Below are positions 10,361-25,300 of a stretch of DNA of 64,000 bases, one piece after another. Both the position numbers and the translations under genes were made by a program. The DNA comes from Squalus acanthias (Eukaryota). The notes beneath the pieces were generated by a model. That model made no database searches, was not told the DNA's origin, and saw nothing but the letters and a program-made list of their open reading frames with translations. The stretch's first letter is position 1; every line of letters starts with the position of its first letter. Location: positions 1 through 64,000 of the forward strand of contig JASTWF010000322.1 in assembly GCA_030390025.1 (NCBI GenBank), given 5' to 3'.

Positions 10361-13300
10361 TCCTAGAGTATATACATCTACCTCCGACAGTGCAGCGCTC
10401 CCTCAGTACTGGCACCGGGGAGTGTGGGCCTGGATTATGGGGCTCGAGTCCTAGAGTATATACATCTACCTCCGACAGTGCAGCACTCCCTCAGTACTGG
10501 CACCGGGGAGTGTGGGCCTGGATTATGGGGCTCGAGTCCTAGAGTATATACATCTACCTCCGACAGTGCAGCGCTCCCTCAGTACTGGCACCGGGGAGTG
10601 TGGGCCTGGATTATGGGGCTCGAGTCCTAGAGTATATACATCTACCTCCGACAGTGCAGCGCTCCCTCAGTACTGGCACCGGGGAGTGTGGGCCTGGATT
10701 ATGGAGCTCGAGTCCTAGAGTATATACATCTACCTCCGACAGTGCAGCGCTCCCTCAGTACTGGCACCGGGGAGTGTGGGCCTGGATTATGGAGCTCGAG
10801 TCCTAGAGTATATACATCTACCTCCGACAGTGCAGCGCTCCCTCAGTACTGGCACCGGGGAGTGTGGGCCTGGATTATGGAGCTCGAGTCCTAGAGTATA
10901 TACATCTACCTCCGACAGTGCAGCGCTCCCTCAGTACTGGCACCGGGGAGTGTGGGCCTGGATTATGGAGCTCAGTCCTAGAGTATATACATCTACCTCC
11001 GACAGTGCAGCGCTCCCTCAGTACTGGCACCGGGGAGTGTGGGCCTGGATTATGGAGCTCGAGTCCTAGAGTATATACATCTACCTCCGACAGTGCAGCG
11101 CTCCCTCAGTACTGGCACCGGGAGTGTGGGCCTGGATTATGGGGCTCAAGTCCTAGAGTATATACATCTACCTCCGACAGTGCAGCGCTCCCTCAGTACT
11201 GGCACCGGGGAGTGTGGGCCTGGATTATGGGGCTCGAGTCCTAGAGTATATACATCTACCTCCGACAGTGCAGCGCTCCCTCAGTACTGGCACCGGGGAG
11301 TGTGGGCCTGGATTATGGGGCTCAGTCCTAGAGTATATACATCTACCTCCGACAGTGCAGCGCTCCCTCAGTACTGGCACCGGGGAGTGTGGGCCTGGAT
11401 TATGGGGCTCGAGTCCTAGAGTATATACATCTACCTCCGACAGTGCAGCGCTCCCTCAGTACTGGCACCGGGGAGTGTGGGCCTGGATTATGGGGCTCGA
11501 GTCCTAGAGTATATACATCTACCTCCGACAGTGCAGCGCTCCCTCAGTACTGGCACCGGGGAGTGTGGGCCTGGATTATGGGCTCGAGTCCTAGAGTATA
11601 TACATCTACCTCCGACAGTGCAGCGCTCCCTCAGTACTGGCACCGGGGAGTGTGGGCCTGGATTATGGGGCTCGAGTCCTAGAGTATATACATCTACCTC
11701 CGACAGTGCAGCGCTCCCTCAGTACTGGCACCGGGGAGTGTGGGCCTGGATTATGGAGCTCGAGTCCTAGAGTATATACATCTACCTCCGACAGTGCAGC
11801 GCTCCCTCAGTACTGGCACCGGGAGTGTGGGCCTGGATTATGGGGCTCAAGTCCTAGAGTATATACATCTACCTCCGACAGTGCAGCGCTCCCTCAGTAC
11901 TGGCACCGGGGAGTGTGGGCCTGGATTATGGAGCTCGAGTCCTAGAGTATATACATCTACCTCCGACAGTGCAGCGCTCCCTCAGTACTGGCACCGGGGA
12001 GTGTGGGCCTGGATTATGGGGCTCGAGTCCTAGAGTATATACATCTACCTCCGACAGTGCAGCAGCTCCCTCAGTACTGGCACCGGGGAGTGTGGGCCTG
12101 GATTATGGGGCTCGAGTCCTAGAGTATATACATCTACCTCCGACAGTGCAGCGCTCCCTCAGTACTGGCACCGGGGAGTGTGGGCCTGGATTATGGGCTC
12201 GAGTCCTAGAGTATATACATCTACCTCCGACAGTGCAGCGCTCCCTCAGTACTGGCACCGGGGAGTGTGGGCCTGGATTATGGAGCTCGAGTCCTAGAGT
12301 ATATACATCTACCTCCGACAGTGCAGCGCTCCCTCAGTACTGGCACCGGGGAGTGTGGGCCTGGATTATGGGGCTCGAGTCCTAGAGTATATACATCTAC
12401 CTCCGACAGTGCAGCGCTCCCTCAGTACTGGCACCGGGGAGTGTGGGCCTGGATTATGGGGCTCAAGTCCTAGAGTATATACATCTACCTCCGACAGTGC
12501 AGCGCTCCCTCAGTACTGGCACCGGGGAGTGTGGGCCTGGATTATGGGTCTCAGTCCTAGAGTATATACATCTACCTCCGACAGTGCAGCGCTCCCTCAG
12601 TACTGGCACCGGGGAGTGTGGGCCTGGATTATGGAGCTCGAGTCCTAGAGTATATACATCTACCTCCGACAGTGCAGCACTCCCTCAGTACTGGCACCGG
12701 GGAGTGTGGGCCTGGATTATGGAGCTCGAGTCCTAGAGTATATACATCTACCTCCGACAGTGCAGCGCTCCCTCAGTACTGGCACCGGGGAGTGTGGGCC
12801 TGGATTATGGGGCTCGAGTCCTAGAGTATATACATCTACCTCCGACAGTGCAGCGCTCCCTCAGTACTGGCACCGGGGAGTGTGGGCCTGGATTATGGGG
12901 CTCGAGTCCTAGAGTATATACATCTACCTCCGACAGTGCAGCGCTCCCTCAGTACTGGCACCGGGGAGTGTGGGCCTGGATTATGGGGCTCGAGTCCTAG
13001 AGTATATACATCTACCTCCGACAGTGCAGCGCTCCCTCAGTACTGGCACCGGGGAGTGTGGGCCTGGATTATGGAGCTCGAGTCCTAGAGTATATACATC
13101 TACCTCCGACAGTGCAGCGCTCCCTCAGTACTGGCACCGGGGAGTGTGGGCCTGGATTATGGAGCTCGAGTCCTAGAGTATATACATCTACCTCCGACAG
13201 TGCAGCGCTCCCTCAGTACTGGCACCGGGGAGTGTGGGCCTGGATTATGGGGCTCGAGTCCTAGAGTATATACATCTACCTCCGACAGTGCAGCGCTCCC

Positions 13301-16300
13301 TCAGTACTGGCACCGGGGAGTGTGGGCCTGGATTATGGGGCTCGAGTCCTAGAGTATATACATCTACCTCCGACAGTGCAGCGCTCCCTCAGTACTGGCA
13401 CCGGGGAGTGTGGGCCTGGATTATGGGGCTCGAGTCCTAGAGTATATACATCTACCTCCGACAGTGCAGCGCTCCCTCAGTACTGGCACCGGGGAGTGTG
13501 GGCCTGGATTATGGGGCTCGAGTCCTAGAGTATATACATCTACCTCCGACAGTGCAGCGCTCCCTCAGTACTGGCACCGGGGAGTGTGGGCCTGGATTAT
13601 GGGGCTCAAGTCCTAGAGTATATACATCTACCTCCGACAGTGCAGCGCTCCCTCAGTACTGGCACCGGGGAGTGTGGGCCTGGATTATGGGGCTCGAGTC
13701 CTAGAGTATATACATCTACCTCCGACAGTGCAGCGCTCCCTCAGTACTGGCACCGGGGAGTGTGGGCCTGGATTATGGAGCTCGAGTCCTAGAGTATATA
13801 CATCTACCACAACAGTGCAGCGCTCCCTCAGTACTGGCACCGGGGAGTGTGGGCCTGGATTATGGGGCTCGAGTCCTAGAGTATATACATCTACCTCCGA
13901 CAGTGCAGCGCTCCCTCAGTACTGGCACCGGGGAGTGTGGGCCTGGATTATGGAGCTCGAGTCCTAGAGTATATACATCTACCTCCGACAGTGCAGCGCT
14001 CCCTCAGTACTGGCACCGGGGAGTGTGGGCCTGGATTATGGGGCTCGAGTCCTAGAGTATATACATCTACCTCCGACAGTGCAGCGCTCCCTCAGTACTG
14101 GCACCGGGGAGTGTGGGCCTGGATTATGGGGCTCGAGTCCTAGAGTATATACATCTACCTCCGACAGTGCAGCGCTCCCTCAGTACTGGCACCGGGGAGT
14201 GTGGGCCTGGATTATGGGGCTCAAGTCCTAGAGTATATACATCTACCTCCGACAGTGCAGCGCTCCCTCAGTACTGGCACCGGGGAGTGTGGGCCTGGAT
14301 TATGGGGCTCGAGTCCTAGAGTATATACATCTACCTCCGACAGTGCAGCGCTCCCTCAGTACTGGCACCGGGGAGTGTGGGCCTGGATTATGGGGCTCGA
14401 GTCCTAGAGTATATACATCTACCTCCGACAGTGCAGCGCTCCCTCAGTACTGGCACCGGGGAGTGTGGGCCTGGATTATGGGCTCGAGTCCTAGAGTATA
14501 TACATCTACCTCCGACAGTGCAGCGCTCCCTCAGTACTGGCACCGGGGAGTGTGGGCCTGGATTATGGGGCTCAAGTCCTAGAGTATATACATCTACCTC
14601 CGACAGTGCAGCGCTCCCTCAGTACTGGCACCGGGGAGTGTGGGCCTGGATTATGGGGTTCAGTCCTAGAGTATATACATCTACCTCCGACAGTGCAGCG
14701 CTCCCTCAGTACTGGCACCGGGGAGTGTGGGCCTGGATTATGGGGCTCGAGTCCTAGAGTATATACATCTACCTCCGACAGTGCAGCGCTCCCTCAGTAC
14801 TGGCACCGGGGAGTGTGGGCCTGGATTATGGAGCTCGAGTCCTAGAGTATATACATCTACCTCCGACAGTGCAGCGCTCCCTCAGTACTGGCACCGGGGA
14901 GTGTGGGCCTGGATTATGGGGCTCGAGTCCTAGAGTATATACATCTACCTCCGACAGTGCAGCGCTCCCTCAGTACTGGCACCGGGGAGTGTGGGCCTGG
15001 ATTATGGGGCTCGAGTCCTAGAGTATATACATCTACCTCCGACAGTGCAGCGCTCCCTCAGTACTGGCACCGGGGAGTGTGGGCCTGGATTATGGGGCTC
15101 GAGTCCTAGAGTATATACATCTACCTCCGACAGTGCAGCGCTCCCTCAGTACTGGCACCGGGGAGTGTGGGCCTGGATTATGGAGCTCGAGTCCTAGAGT
15201 ATATACATCTACCTCCGACAGTGCAGCGCTCCCTCAGTACTGGCACCGGGGAGTGTGGGCCTGGATTATGGAGCTCGAGTCCTAGAGTATATACATCTAC
15301 CTCCGACAGTGCAGCGCTCCCTCAGTACTGGCACCGGGGAGTGTGGGCCTGGATTATGGGTTTAAGTCCTAGAGTATATACATCTACCTCCGACAGTGCA
15401 GCGCTCCCTCAGTACTGGCACCGGGGAGTGTGGGCCTGGATTATGGGGCTCGAGTCCTAGAGTATATACATCTACCTCCGACAGTGCAGCGCTCCCTCAG
15501 TACTGGCACCGGGGAGTGTGGGCCTGGATTATGGGGCTCGAGTCCTAGAGTATATACATCTACCTCCGACAGTGCAGCGCTCCCTCAGTACTGGCACCGG
15601 GGAGTGTGGGCCTGGATTATGGGGCTCGAGTCCTAGAGTATATACATCTACCTCCGACAGTGCAGCGCTCCCTCAGTACTGGCACCGGGAGTGTGGGCCT
15701 GGATTATGGGGCTCAAGTCCTAGAGTATATACATCTACCTCCGACAGTGCAGCGCTCCCTCAGTACTGGCACCGGGGAGTGTGGGCCTGGATTATGGGGC
15801 TCGAGTCCTAGAGTATATACATCTACCTCCGACAGTGCAGCGCTCCCTCAGTACTGGCACCGGGGAGTGTGGGCCTGGATTATGGGGCTCGAGTCCTAGA
15901 GTATATACATCTACCTCCGACAGTGCAGCGCTCCCTCAGTACTGGCACCGGGGAGTGTGGGCCTGGATTATGGGGCTCGAGTCCTAGAGTATATACATCT
16001 ACCTCCGACAGTGCAGCGCTCCCTCAGTACTGGCACCGGGGAGTGTGGGCCTGGATTATGGGGCTCAAGTCCTAGAGTATATACATCTACCTCCGACAGT
16101 GCAGCGCTCCCTCAGTACTGGCACCGGGGAGTGTGGGCCTGGATTATGGGGCTCGAGTCCTAGAGTATATACATCTACCTCCGACAGTGCAGCGCTCCCT
16201 CAGTACTGGCACCGGGGAGTGTGGGCCTGGATTATGGGCTCAAGTCCTAGAGTATATACATCTACCTCCGACAGTGCAGCGCTCCCTCAGTACTGGCACC

Positions 16301-19300
16301 GGGGAGTGTGGGCCTGGATTATGGGGCTCAAGTCCTAGAGTATATACATCTACCTCCGACAGTGCAGCGCTCCCTCAGTACTGGCACCGGGGAGTGTGGG
16401 CCTGGATTATGGGGCTCGAGTCCTAGAGTATATACATCTACCTCCGACAGTGCAGCGCTCCCTCAGTACTGGCACCGGGGAGTGTGGGCCTGGATTATGG
16501 GGCTCAGTCCTAGAGTATATACATCTACCTCCGACAGTGCAGCGCTCCCTCAGTACTGGCACCGGGGAGTGTGGGCCTGGATTATGGGGCTCAAGTCCTA
16601 GACTGTATACATCTACCTCCAACAGTGCAGCGCTCCCTCAGTACTGGCACCGGGGAGTGTGGGCCTGGATTATGGAGCTCAGTCCTAGAGTATATACATC
16701 TACCTCCGACAGTGCAGCGCTCCCTCAGTACTGGCACCGGAGAGTGTGGGCCTGGATTATGGGTTTAAGTCCTAGAGTATATACATCTACCTCCGACAGT
16801 GCAGCGCTCCCTCAGTACTGGCACCGGGGAGTGTGGGCCTGGATTATGGGGCTCGAGTCCTAGAGTATATACATCTACCTCCGACAGTGCAGCGCTCCCT
16901 CAGTACTGGCACCGGGGAGTGTGGGCCTGGATTATGGAGCTCGAGTCCTAGAGTATATACATCTACCTCCGACAGTGCAGCGCTCCCTCAGTACTGGCAC
17001 CGGGGAGTGTGGGCCTGGATTATGGGGCTCGAGTCCTAGAGTATATACATCTACCTCCGACAGTGCAGCGCTCCCTCAGTACTGGCACCGGGGAGTGTGG
17101 GCCTGGATTATGGGCTCGAGTCCTAGAGTATATACATCTACCTCCGACAGTGCAGCGCTCCCTCAGTACTGGCACCGGGAGTGTGGGCCTGGATTATGGG
17201 GCTCAAGTCCTAGAGTATATACATCTACCTCCGACAGTGCAGCGCTCCCTCAGTACTGGCACCGGGGAGTGTGGGCCTGGATTATGGGGCTCGAGTCCTA
17301 GAGTATATACATCTACCTCCGACAGTGCAGCGCTCCCTCAGTACTGGCACCGGGGAGTGTGGGCCTGGATTATGGGTTTAAGTCCTAGAGTATATACATC
17401 TACCTCCGACAGTGCAGCGCTCCCTCAGTACTGGCACCGGGGAGTGTGGGCCTGGATTATGGGGCTCGAGTCCTAGAGTATATACATCTACCTCCGACAG
17501 TGCAGCGCTCCCTCAGTACTGGCACCGGGGAGTGTGGGCCTGGATTATGGGCTCGAGTCCTAGAGTATATACATCTACCTCCGACAGTGCAGCGCTCCCT
17601 CAGTACTGGCACCGGAGAGTGTGGGCCTGGATTATGGGCTTCAGTCCTAGAGTATATACATCTACCTCCGACAGTGCAGCGCTCCCTCAGTACTGGCACC
17701 GGGAGTGTGGGCCTGGATTATGGGGCTCGAGTCCTAGAGTATATACATCTACCTCCGACAGTGCAGCGCTCCCTCAGTACTGGCACCGGGGAGTGTGGGC
17801 CTGGATTATGGGGCTCGAGTCCTAGAGTATATACATCTACCTCCGACAGTGCAGCGCTCCCTCAGTACTGGCACCGGGGAGTGTGGGCCTGGATTATGGG
17901 GCTCGAGTCCTAGAGTATATACATCTACCTCCGACAGTGCAGCGCTCCCTCAGTACTGGCACCGGGGAGTGTGGGCCTGGATTATGGGGCTCGAGTCCTA
18001 GAGTATATACATCTACCTCCGACAGTGCAGCGCTCCCTCAGTACTGGCACCGGGGAGTGTGGGCCTGGATTATGGGGCTCGAGTCCTAGAGTATATACAT
18101 CTACCTCCGACAGTGCAGCGCTCCCTCAGTACTGGCACCGGAGAGTGTGGGCCTGGATTATGGGTTTCAGTCCTAGAGTATATACATCTACCTCCGACAG
18201 TGCAGCGCTCCCTCAGTACTGGCACCGGGGAGTGTGGGCCTGGATTATGGGGCTCGAGTCCTAGAGTATATACATCTACCTCCGACAGTGCAGCACTCCC
18301 TCAGTACTGGCACCGGAGAGTGTGGGCCTGGATTATGGGTTTCAGTCCTAGAGTATATACATCTACCTCCGACAGTGCAGCGCTCCCTCAGTACTGGCAC
18401 CGGGGAGTGTGGGCCTGGATTATGGGGCTCGAGTCCTAGAGTATATACATCTACCTCCGACAGTGCAGCGCTCCCTCAGTACTGGCACCGGGGAGTGTGG
18501 GCCTGGATTATGGGTTCGAGTCCTAGAGTATATACATCTACCTCCGACAGTGCAGCGCTCCCTCAGTACTGGCACCGGGGAGTGTGGGCCTGGATTATGG
18601 GGCTCAAGTCCTAGAGTATATACATCTACCTCCGACAGTGCAGCGCTCCCTCAGTACTGGCACCGGGGAGTGTGGGCCTGGATTATGGGGCTCGAGTCCT
18701 AGAGTATATACATCTACCTCCGACAGTGCAGCGCTCCCTCAGTACTGGCACCGGGAGTGTGGGCCTGGATTATGGAGCTCGAGTCCTAGAGTATATACAT
18801 CTACCTCCGACAGTGCAGCGCTCCCTCAGTACTGGCACCGGGGAGTGTGGGCCTGGATTATGGGGCTCAAGTCCTAGAGTATATACATCTACCTCCGACA
18901 GTGCAGCGCTCCCTCAGTACTGGCACCGGGGAGTGTGGGCCTGGATTATGGGGCTCGAGTCCTAGAGTATATACATCTACCTCCGACAGTGCAGCGCTCC
19001 CTCAGTACTGGCACCGGGGAGTGTGGGCCTGGATTATGGGTTTAAGTCCTAGAGTATATACATCTACCTCCGACAGTGCAGCGCTCCCTCAGTACTGGCA
19101 CCGGGGAGTGTGGGCCTGGATTATGGGGCTCGAGTCCTAGAGTATATACATCTACCTCCGACAGTGCAGCGCTCCCTCAGTACTGGCACCGGGGAGTGTG
19201 GGCCTGGATTATGGAGCTCGAGTCCTAGAGTATATACATCTACCTCCGACAGTGCAGCACTCCCTCAGTACTGGCACCGGGGAGTGTGGGCCTGGATTAT

Positions 19301-22300
19301 GGGGCTCAAGTCCTAGAGTATATACATCTACCTCCGACAGTGCAGCGCTCCCTCAGTACTGGCACCGGGAGTGTGGGCCTGGATTATGGGGCTCGAGTCC
19401 TAGAGTATATACATCTACCTCCGACAGTGCAGCGCTCCCTCAGTACTGGCACCGGGGAGTGTGGGCCTGGATTATGGGGCTCGAGTCCTAGAGTATATAC
19501 ATCTACCTCCGACAGTGCAGCGCTCCCTCAGTACTGGCACCGGGGAGTGTGGGCCTGGATTATGGGGCTCGAGTCCTAGAGTATATACATCTACCTCCGA
19601 CAGTGCAGCGCTCCCTCAGTACTGGCACCGGGGAGTGTGGGCCTGGATTATGGGGCTCGAGTCCTAGAGTATATACATCTACCTCCGACAGTGCAGCGCT
19701 CCCTCAGTACTGGCACCGGGGAGTGTGGGCCTGGATTATGGGGCTCGAGTCCTAGAGTATATACATCTACCTCCGACAGTGCAGCGCTCCCTCAGTACTG
19801 GCACCGGGGAGTGTGGGCCTGGATTATGGGGCTCGAGTCCTAGAGTATATACATCTACCTCCGACAGTGCAGCGCTCCCTCAGTACTGGCACCGGGGAGT
19901 GTGGGCCTGGATTATGGGGCTCGAGTCCTAGAGTATATACATCTACCTCCGACAGTGCAGCACTCCCTCAGTACTGGCACCGGGGAGTGTGGGCCTGGAT
20001 TATGGAGCTCGAGTCCTAGAGTATATACATCTACCTCCGACAGTGCAGCGCTCCCTCAGTACTGGCACCGGGGAGTGTGGGCCTGGATTATGGGGCTCAA
20101 GTCCTAGAGTATATACATCTACCTCCGACAGTGCAGCGCTCCCTCAGTACTGGCACCGGGGAGTGTGGGCCTGGATTATGGGGCTCGAGTCCTAGAGTAT
20201 ATACATCTACCTCCGACAGTGCAGCGCTCCCTCAGTACTGGCACCGGGGAGTGTGGGCCTGGATTATGGGGCTCGAGTCCTAGAGTATATACATCTACCT
20301 CCGACAGTGCAGCGCTCCCTCAGTACTGGCACCGGGGAGTGTGGGCCTGGATTATGGAGCTCGAGTCCTAGAGTATATACATCTACCTCCGACAGTGCAG
20401 CGCTCCCTCAGTACTGGCACCGGGGAGTGTGGGCCTGGATTATGGGGCTCGAGTCCTAGAGTATATACATCTACCTCCGACAGTGCAGCGCTCCCTCAGT
20501 ACTGGCACCGGGAGTGTGGGCCTGGATTATGGGGCTCAAGTCCTAGAGTATATACATCTACCTCCGACAGTGCAGCGCTCCCTCAGTACTGGCACCGGGG
20601 AGTGTGGGCCTGGATTATGGGGCTCGAGTCCTAGAGTATATACATCTACCTCCGACAGTGCAGCGCTCCCTCAGTACTGGCACCGGGAGTGTGGGCCTGG
20701 ATTATGGGGCTCGAGTCCTAGAGTATATACATCTACCTCCGACAGTGCAGCGCTCCCTCAGTACTGGCACCGGGGAGTGTGGGCCTGGATTATGGGGCTC
20801 GAGTCCTAGAGTATATACATCTACCTCCGACAGTGCAGCGCTCCCTCAGTACTGGCACCGGGGAGTGTGGGCCTGGATTATGGGGCTCGAGTCCTAGAGT
20901 ATATACATCTACCTCCGACAGTGCAGCGCTCCCTCAGTACTGGCACCGGGGAGTGTGGGCCTGGATTATGGGGCTCGAGTCCTAGAGTATATACATCTAC
21001 CTCCGACAGTGCAGCGCTCCCTCAGTACTGGCACCGGGGAGTGTGGGCCTGGATTATGGAGCTCGAGTCCTAGAGTATATACATCTACCTCCGACAGTGC
21101 AGCGCTCCCTCAGTACTGGCACCAGGGAGTGTGGGCCTGGATTATGGGGCTCGAGTCCTAGAGTATATACATCTACCTCCGACAGTGCAGCGCTCCCTCA
21201 GTACTGGCACCGGGGAGTGTGGGCCTGGATTATGGGGCTCAAGTCCTAGAGTATATACATCTACCTCCGACAGTGCAGCGCTCCCTCAGTACTGGCACCG
21301 GGGAGTGTGGGCCTGGATTATGGGGCTCGAGTCCTAGAGTATATACATCTACCTCCGACAGTGCAGCGCTCCCTCAGTACTGGCACCGGGGAGTGTGGGC
21401 CTGGATTATGGGCTCAGGTCCTAGAGTATATACATCTACCTCCGACAGTGCAGCGCTCCCTCAGTACTGGCACCGGGGAGTGTGGGCCTGGATTATGGAG
21501 CTCAGGTCCTGGAGTATATACATCTACCTCCGACAGTGCAGCGCTCCCTCAGTACTGGCACCGGGGAGTGTGGGCCTGGATTATCGGGCTCAAGTCCTAG
21601 AGTATATACATCTACCTCCGACAGTGCAGCGCTCCCTCAGTACTGGCACCGGGGAGTGTGGGCCTGGATTATGGAGCTCGAGTCCTAGAGTATATACATC
21701 TACCTCCGACAGTGCAGCGCTCCCTCAGTACTGGCACCGGGGAGTGTGGGCCTGGATTATGGGGCTCGAGTCCTAGAGTATATACATCTACCTCCGACAG
21801 TGCAGCGCTCCCTCAGTACTGGCACCGGGGAGTGTGGGCCTGGATTATGGGGCTCGAGTCCTAGAGTATATACATCTACCTCCGACAGTGCAGCGCTCCC
21901 TCAGTACTGGCACCGGGGAGTGTGGGCCTGGATTATGGGCTCGAGTCCTAGAGTATATACATCTACCTCCGACAGTGCAGCGCTCCCTCAGTACTGGCAC
22001 CGGGGAGTGTGGGCCTGGATTATGGGGCTCAAGTCCTAGAGTATATACATCTACCTCCGACAGTGCAGCGCTCCCTCAGTACTGGCACCGGGGAGTGTGG
22101 GCCTGGATTATGGGCTCGAGTCCTAGAGTATATACATCTACCTCCGACAGTGCAGCGCTCCCTCAGTACTGGCACCGGGAGTGTGGGCCTGGATTATGGG
22201 GCTCGAGTCCTAGAGTATATACATCTACCTCCGACAGTGCAGCGCTCCCTCAGTACTGGCACCGGGAGTGTGGGCCTGGATTATGGGGCTCGAGTCCTAG

Positions 22301-25300
22301 AGTATATACATCTACCTCCGACAGTGCAGCGCTCCCTCAGTACTGGCACCGGGGAGTGTGGGCCTGGATTATGGGGCTCGAGTCCTAGAGTATATACATC
22401 TACCTCCGACAGTGCAGCGCTCCCTCAGTACTGGCACCGGGGAGTGTGGGCCTGGATTATGGGGCTCGAGTCCTAGAGTATATACATCTACCTCCGACAG
22501 TGCAGCGCTCCCTCAGTACTGGCACCGGGGAGTGTGGGCCTGGATTATGGGGCTCGAGTCCTAGAGTATATACATCTACCTCCGACAGTGCAGCGCTCCC
22601 TCAGTACTGGCACCGGGGAGTGTGGGCCTGGATTATGGGGCTCGAGTCCTAGAGTATATACATCTACCTCCGACAGTGCAGCGCTCCCTCAGTACTGGCA
22701 CCGGGGAGTGTGGGCCTGGATTATGGGGCTCGAGTCCTAGAGTATATACATCTACCTCCGACAGTGCAGCGCTCCCTCAGTACTGGCACCGGGGAGTGTG
22801 GGCCTGGATTATGGGGCTCGAGTCCTAGAGTATATACATCTACCTCCGACAGTGCAGCGCTCCCTCAGTACTGGCACCGGGGAGTGTGGGCCTGGATTAT
22901 GGGGCTCGAGTCCTAGAGTATATACATCTACCTCCGACAGTGCAGCGCTCCCTCAGTACTGGCACCGGGGAGTGTGGGCCTGGATTATGGGGCTCGAGTC
23001 CTAGAGTATATACATCTACCTCCGACAGTGCAGCGCTCCCTCAGTACTGGCACCGGGGAGTGTGGGCCTGGATTATGGGGCTCGAGTCCTAGAGTATATA
23101 CATCTACCTCCGACAGTGCAGCGCTCCCTCAGTACTGGCACCGGGGAGTGTGGGCCTGGATTATGGGGCTCGAGTCCTAGAGTATATACATCTACCTCCG
23201 ACAGTGCAGCACTCCCTCAGTACTGGCACCGGGGAGTGTGGGCCTGGATTATGGAGCTCGAGTCCTAGAGTATATACATCTACCTCCGACAGTGCAGCGC
23301 TCCCTCAGTACTGGCACCGGGGAGTGTGGGCCTGGATTATGGGGCTCGAGTCCTAGAGTATATACATCTACCTCCGACAGTGCAGCGCTCCCTCAGTACT
23401 GGCACCGGGGAGTGTGGGCCTGGATTATGGAGCTCGAGTCCTAGAGTATATACATCTACCTCCGACAGTGCAGCGCTCCCTCAGTACTGGCACCGGGGAG
23501 TGTGGGCCTGGATTATGGGGCTCGAGTCCTAGAGTATATACATCTACCTCCGACAGTGCAGCGCTCCCTCAGTACTGGCACCGGGGAGTGTGGGCCTGGA
23601 TTATGGGGCTCGAGTCCTAGAGTATATACATCTACCTCCGACAGTGCAGCGCTCCCTCAGTACTGGCACCGGGGAGTGTGGGCCTGGATTATGGGGCTCG
23701 AGTCCTAGAGTATATACATCTACCTCCGACAGTGCAGCGCTCCCTCAGTACTGGCACCGGGGAGTGTGGGCCTGGATTATGGAGCTCGAGTCCTAGAGTA
23801 TATACATCTACCTCCGACAGTGCAGCGCTCCCTCAGTACTGGCACCGGGGAGTGTGGGCCTGGATTATGGGGCTCGAGTCCTAGAGTATATACATCTACC
23901 TCCGACAGTGCAGCGCTCCCTCAGTACTGGCACCGGGGAGTGTGGGCCTGGATTATGGGGCTCGAGTCCTAGAGTATATACATCTACCTCCGACAGTGCA
24001 GCGCTCCCTCAGTACTGGCACCGGGGAGTGTGGGCCTGGATTATGGGTTTCAGTCCTAGAGTATATACATCTACCTCCGACAGTGCAGCACTCCCTCAGT
24101 ACTGGCACCGGGGAGTGTGGGCCTGGATTATGGAGCTCGAGTCCTAGAGTATATACATCTACCTCCGACAGTGCAGCGCTCCCTCAGTACTGGCACCGGG
24201 GAGTGTGGGCCTGGATTATGGGGCTCGAGTCCTAGAGTATATACATCTACCTCCGACAGTGCAGCGCTCCCTCAGTACTGGCACCGGGGAGTGTGGGCCT
24301 GGATTATGGGGCTCGAGTCCTAGAGTATATACATCTACCTCCGACAGTGCAGCACTCCCTCAGTACTGGCACCGGGGAGTGTGGGCCTGGATTATGGGGC
24401 TCGAGTCCTAGAGTATATACATCTACCTCCGACAGTGCAGCGCTCCCTCAGTACTGGCACCGGGGAGTGTGGGCCTGGATTATGGGGCTCAAGTCCTAGA
24501 GTATATACATCTACCTCCGACAGTGCAGCGCTCCCTCAGTACTGGCACCGGGGAGTGTGGGCCTGGATTATGGAGCTCGAGTCCTAGAGTATATACATCT
24601 ACCTCCGACAGTGCAGCGCTCCCTCAGTACTGGCACCGGGGAGTGTGGGCCTGGATTATGGGGCTCGAGTCCTAGAGTATATACATCTACCTCCGACAGT
24701 GCAGCGCTCCCTCAGTACTGGCACCGGGGAGTGTGGGCCTGGATTATGGGGCTCGAGTCCTAGAGTATATACATCTACCTCCGACAGTGCAGCGCTCCCT
24801 CAGTACTGGCACCGGGGAGTGTGGGCCTGGATTATGGGGCTCGAGTCCTAGAGTATATACATCTACCTCCGACAGTGCAGCGCTCCCTCAGTACTGGCAC
24901 CGGGGAGTGTGGGCCTGGATTATGGGGCTCGAGTCCTAGAGTATATACATCTACCTCCGACAGTGCAGCGCTCCCTCAGTACTGGCACCGGGGAGTGTGG
25001 GCCTGGATTATGGGGCTCGAGTCCTAGAGTATATACATCTACCTCCGACAGTGCAGCGCTCCCTCAGTACTGGCACCGGGGAGTGTGGGCCTGGATTATG
25101 GGGCTCGAGTCCTAGAGTATATACATCTACCTCCGACAGTGCAGCGCTCCCTCAGTACTGGCACCGGGGAGTGTGGGCCTGGATTATGGGGCTCGAGTCC
25201 TAGAGTATATACATCTACCTCCGACAGTGCAGCGCTCCCTCAGTACTGGCACCGGGGAGTGTGGGCCTGGATTATGGGGCTCGAGTCCTAGAGTATATAC

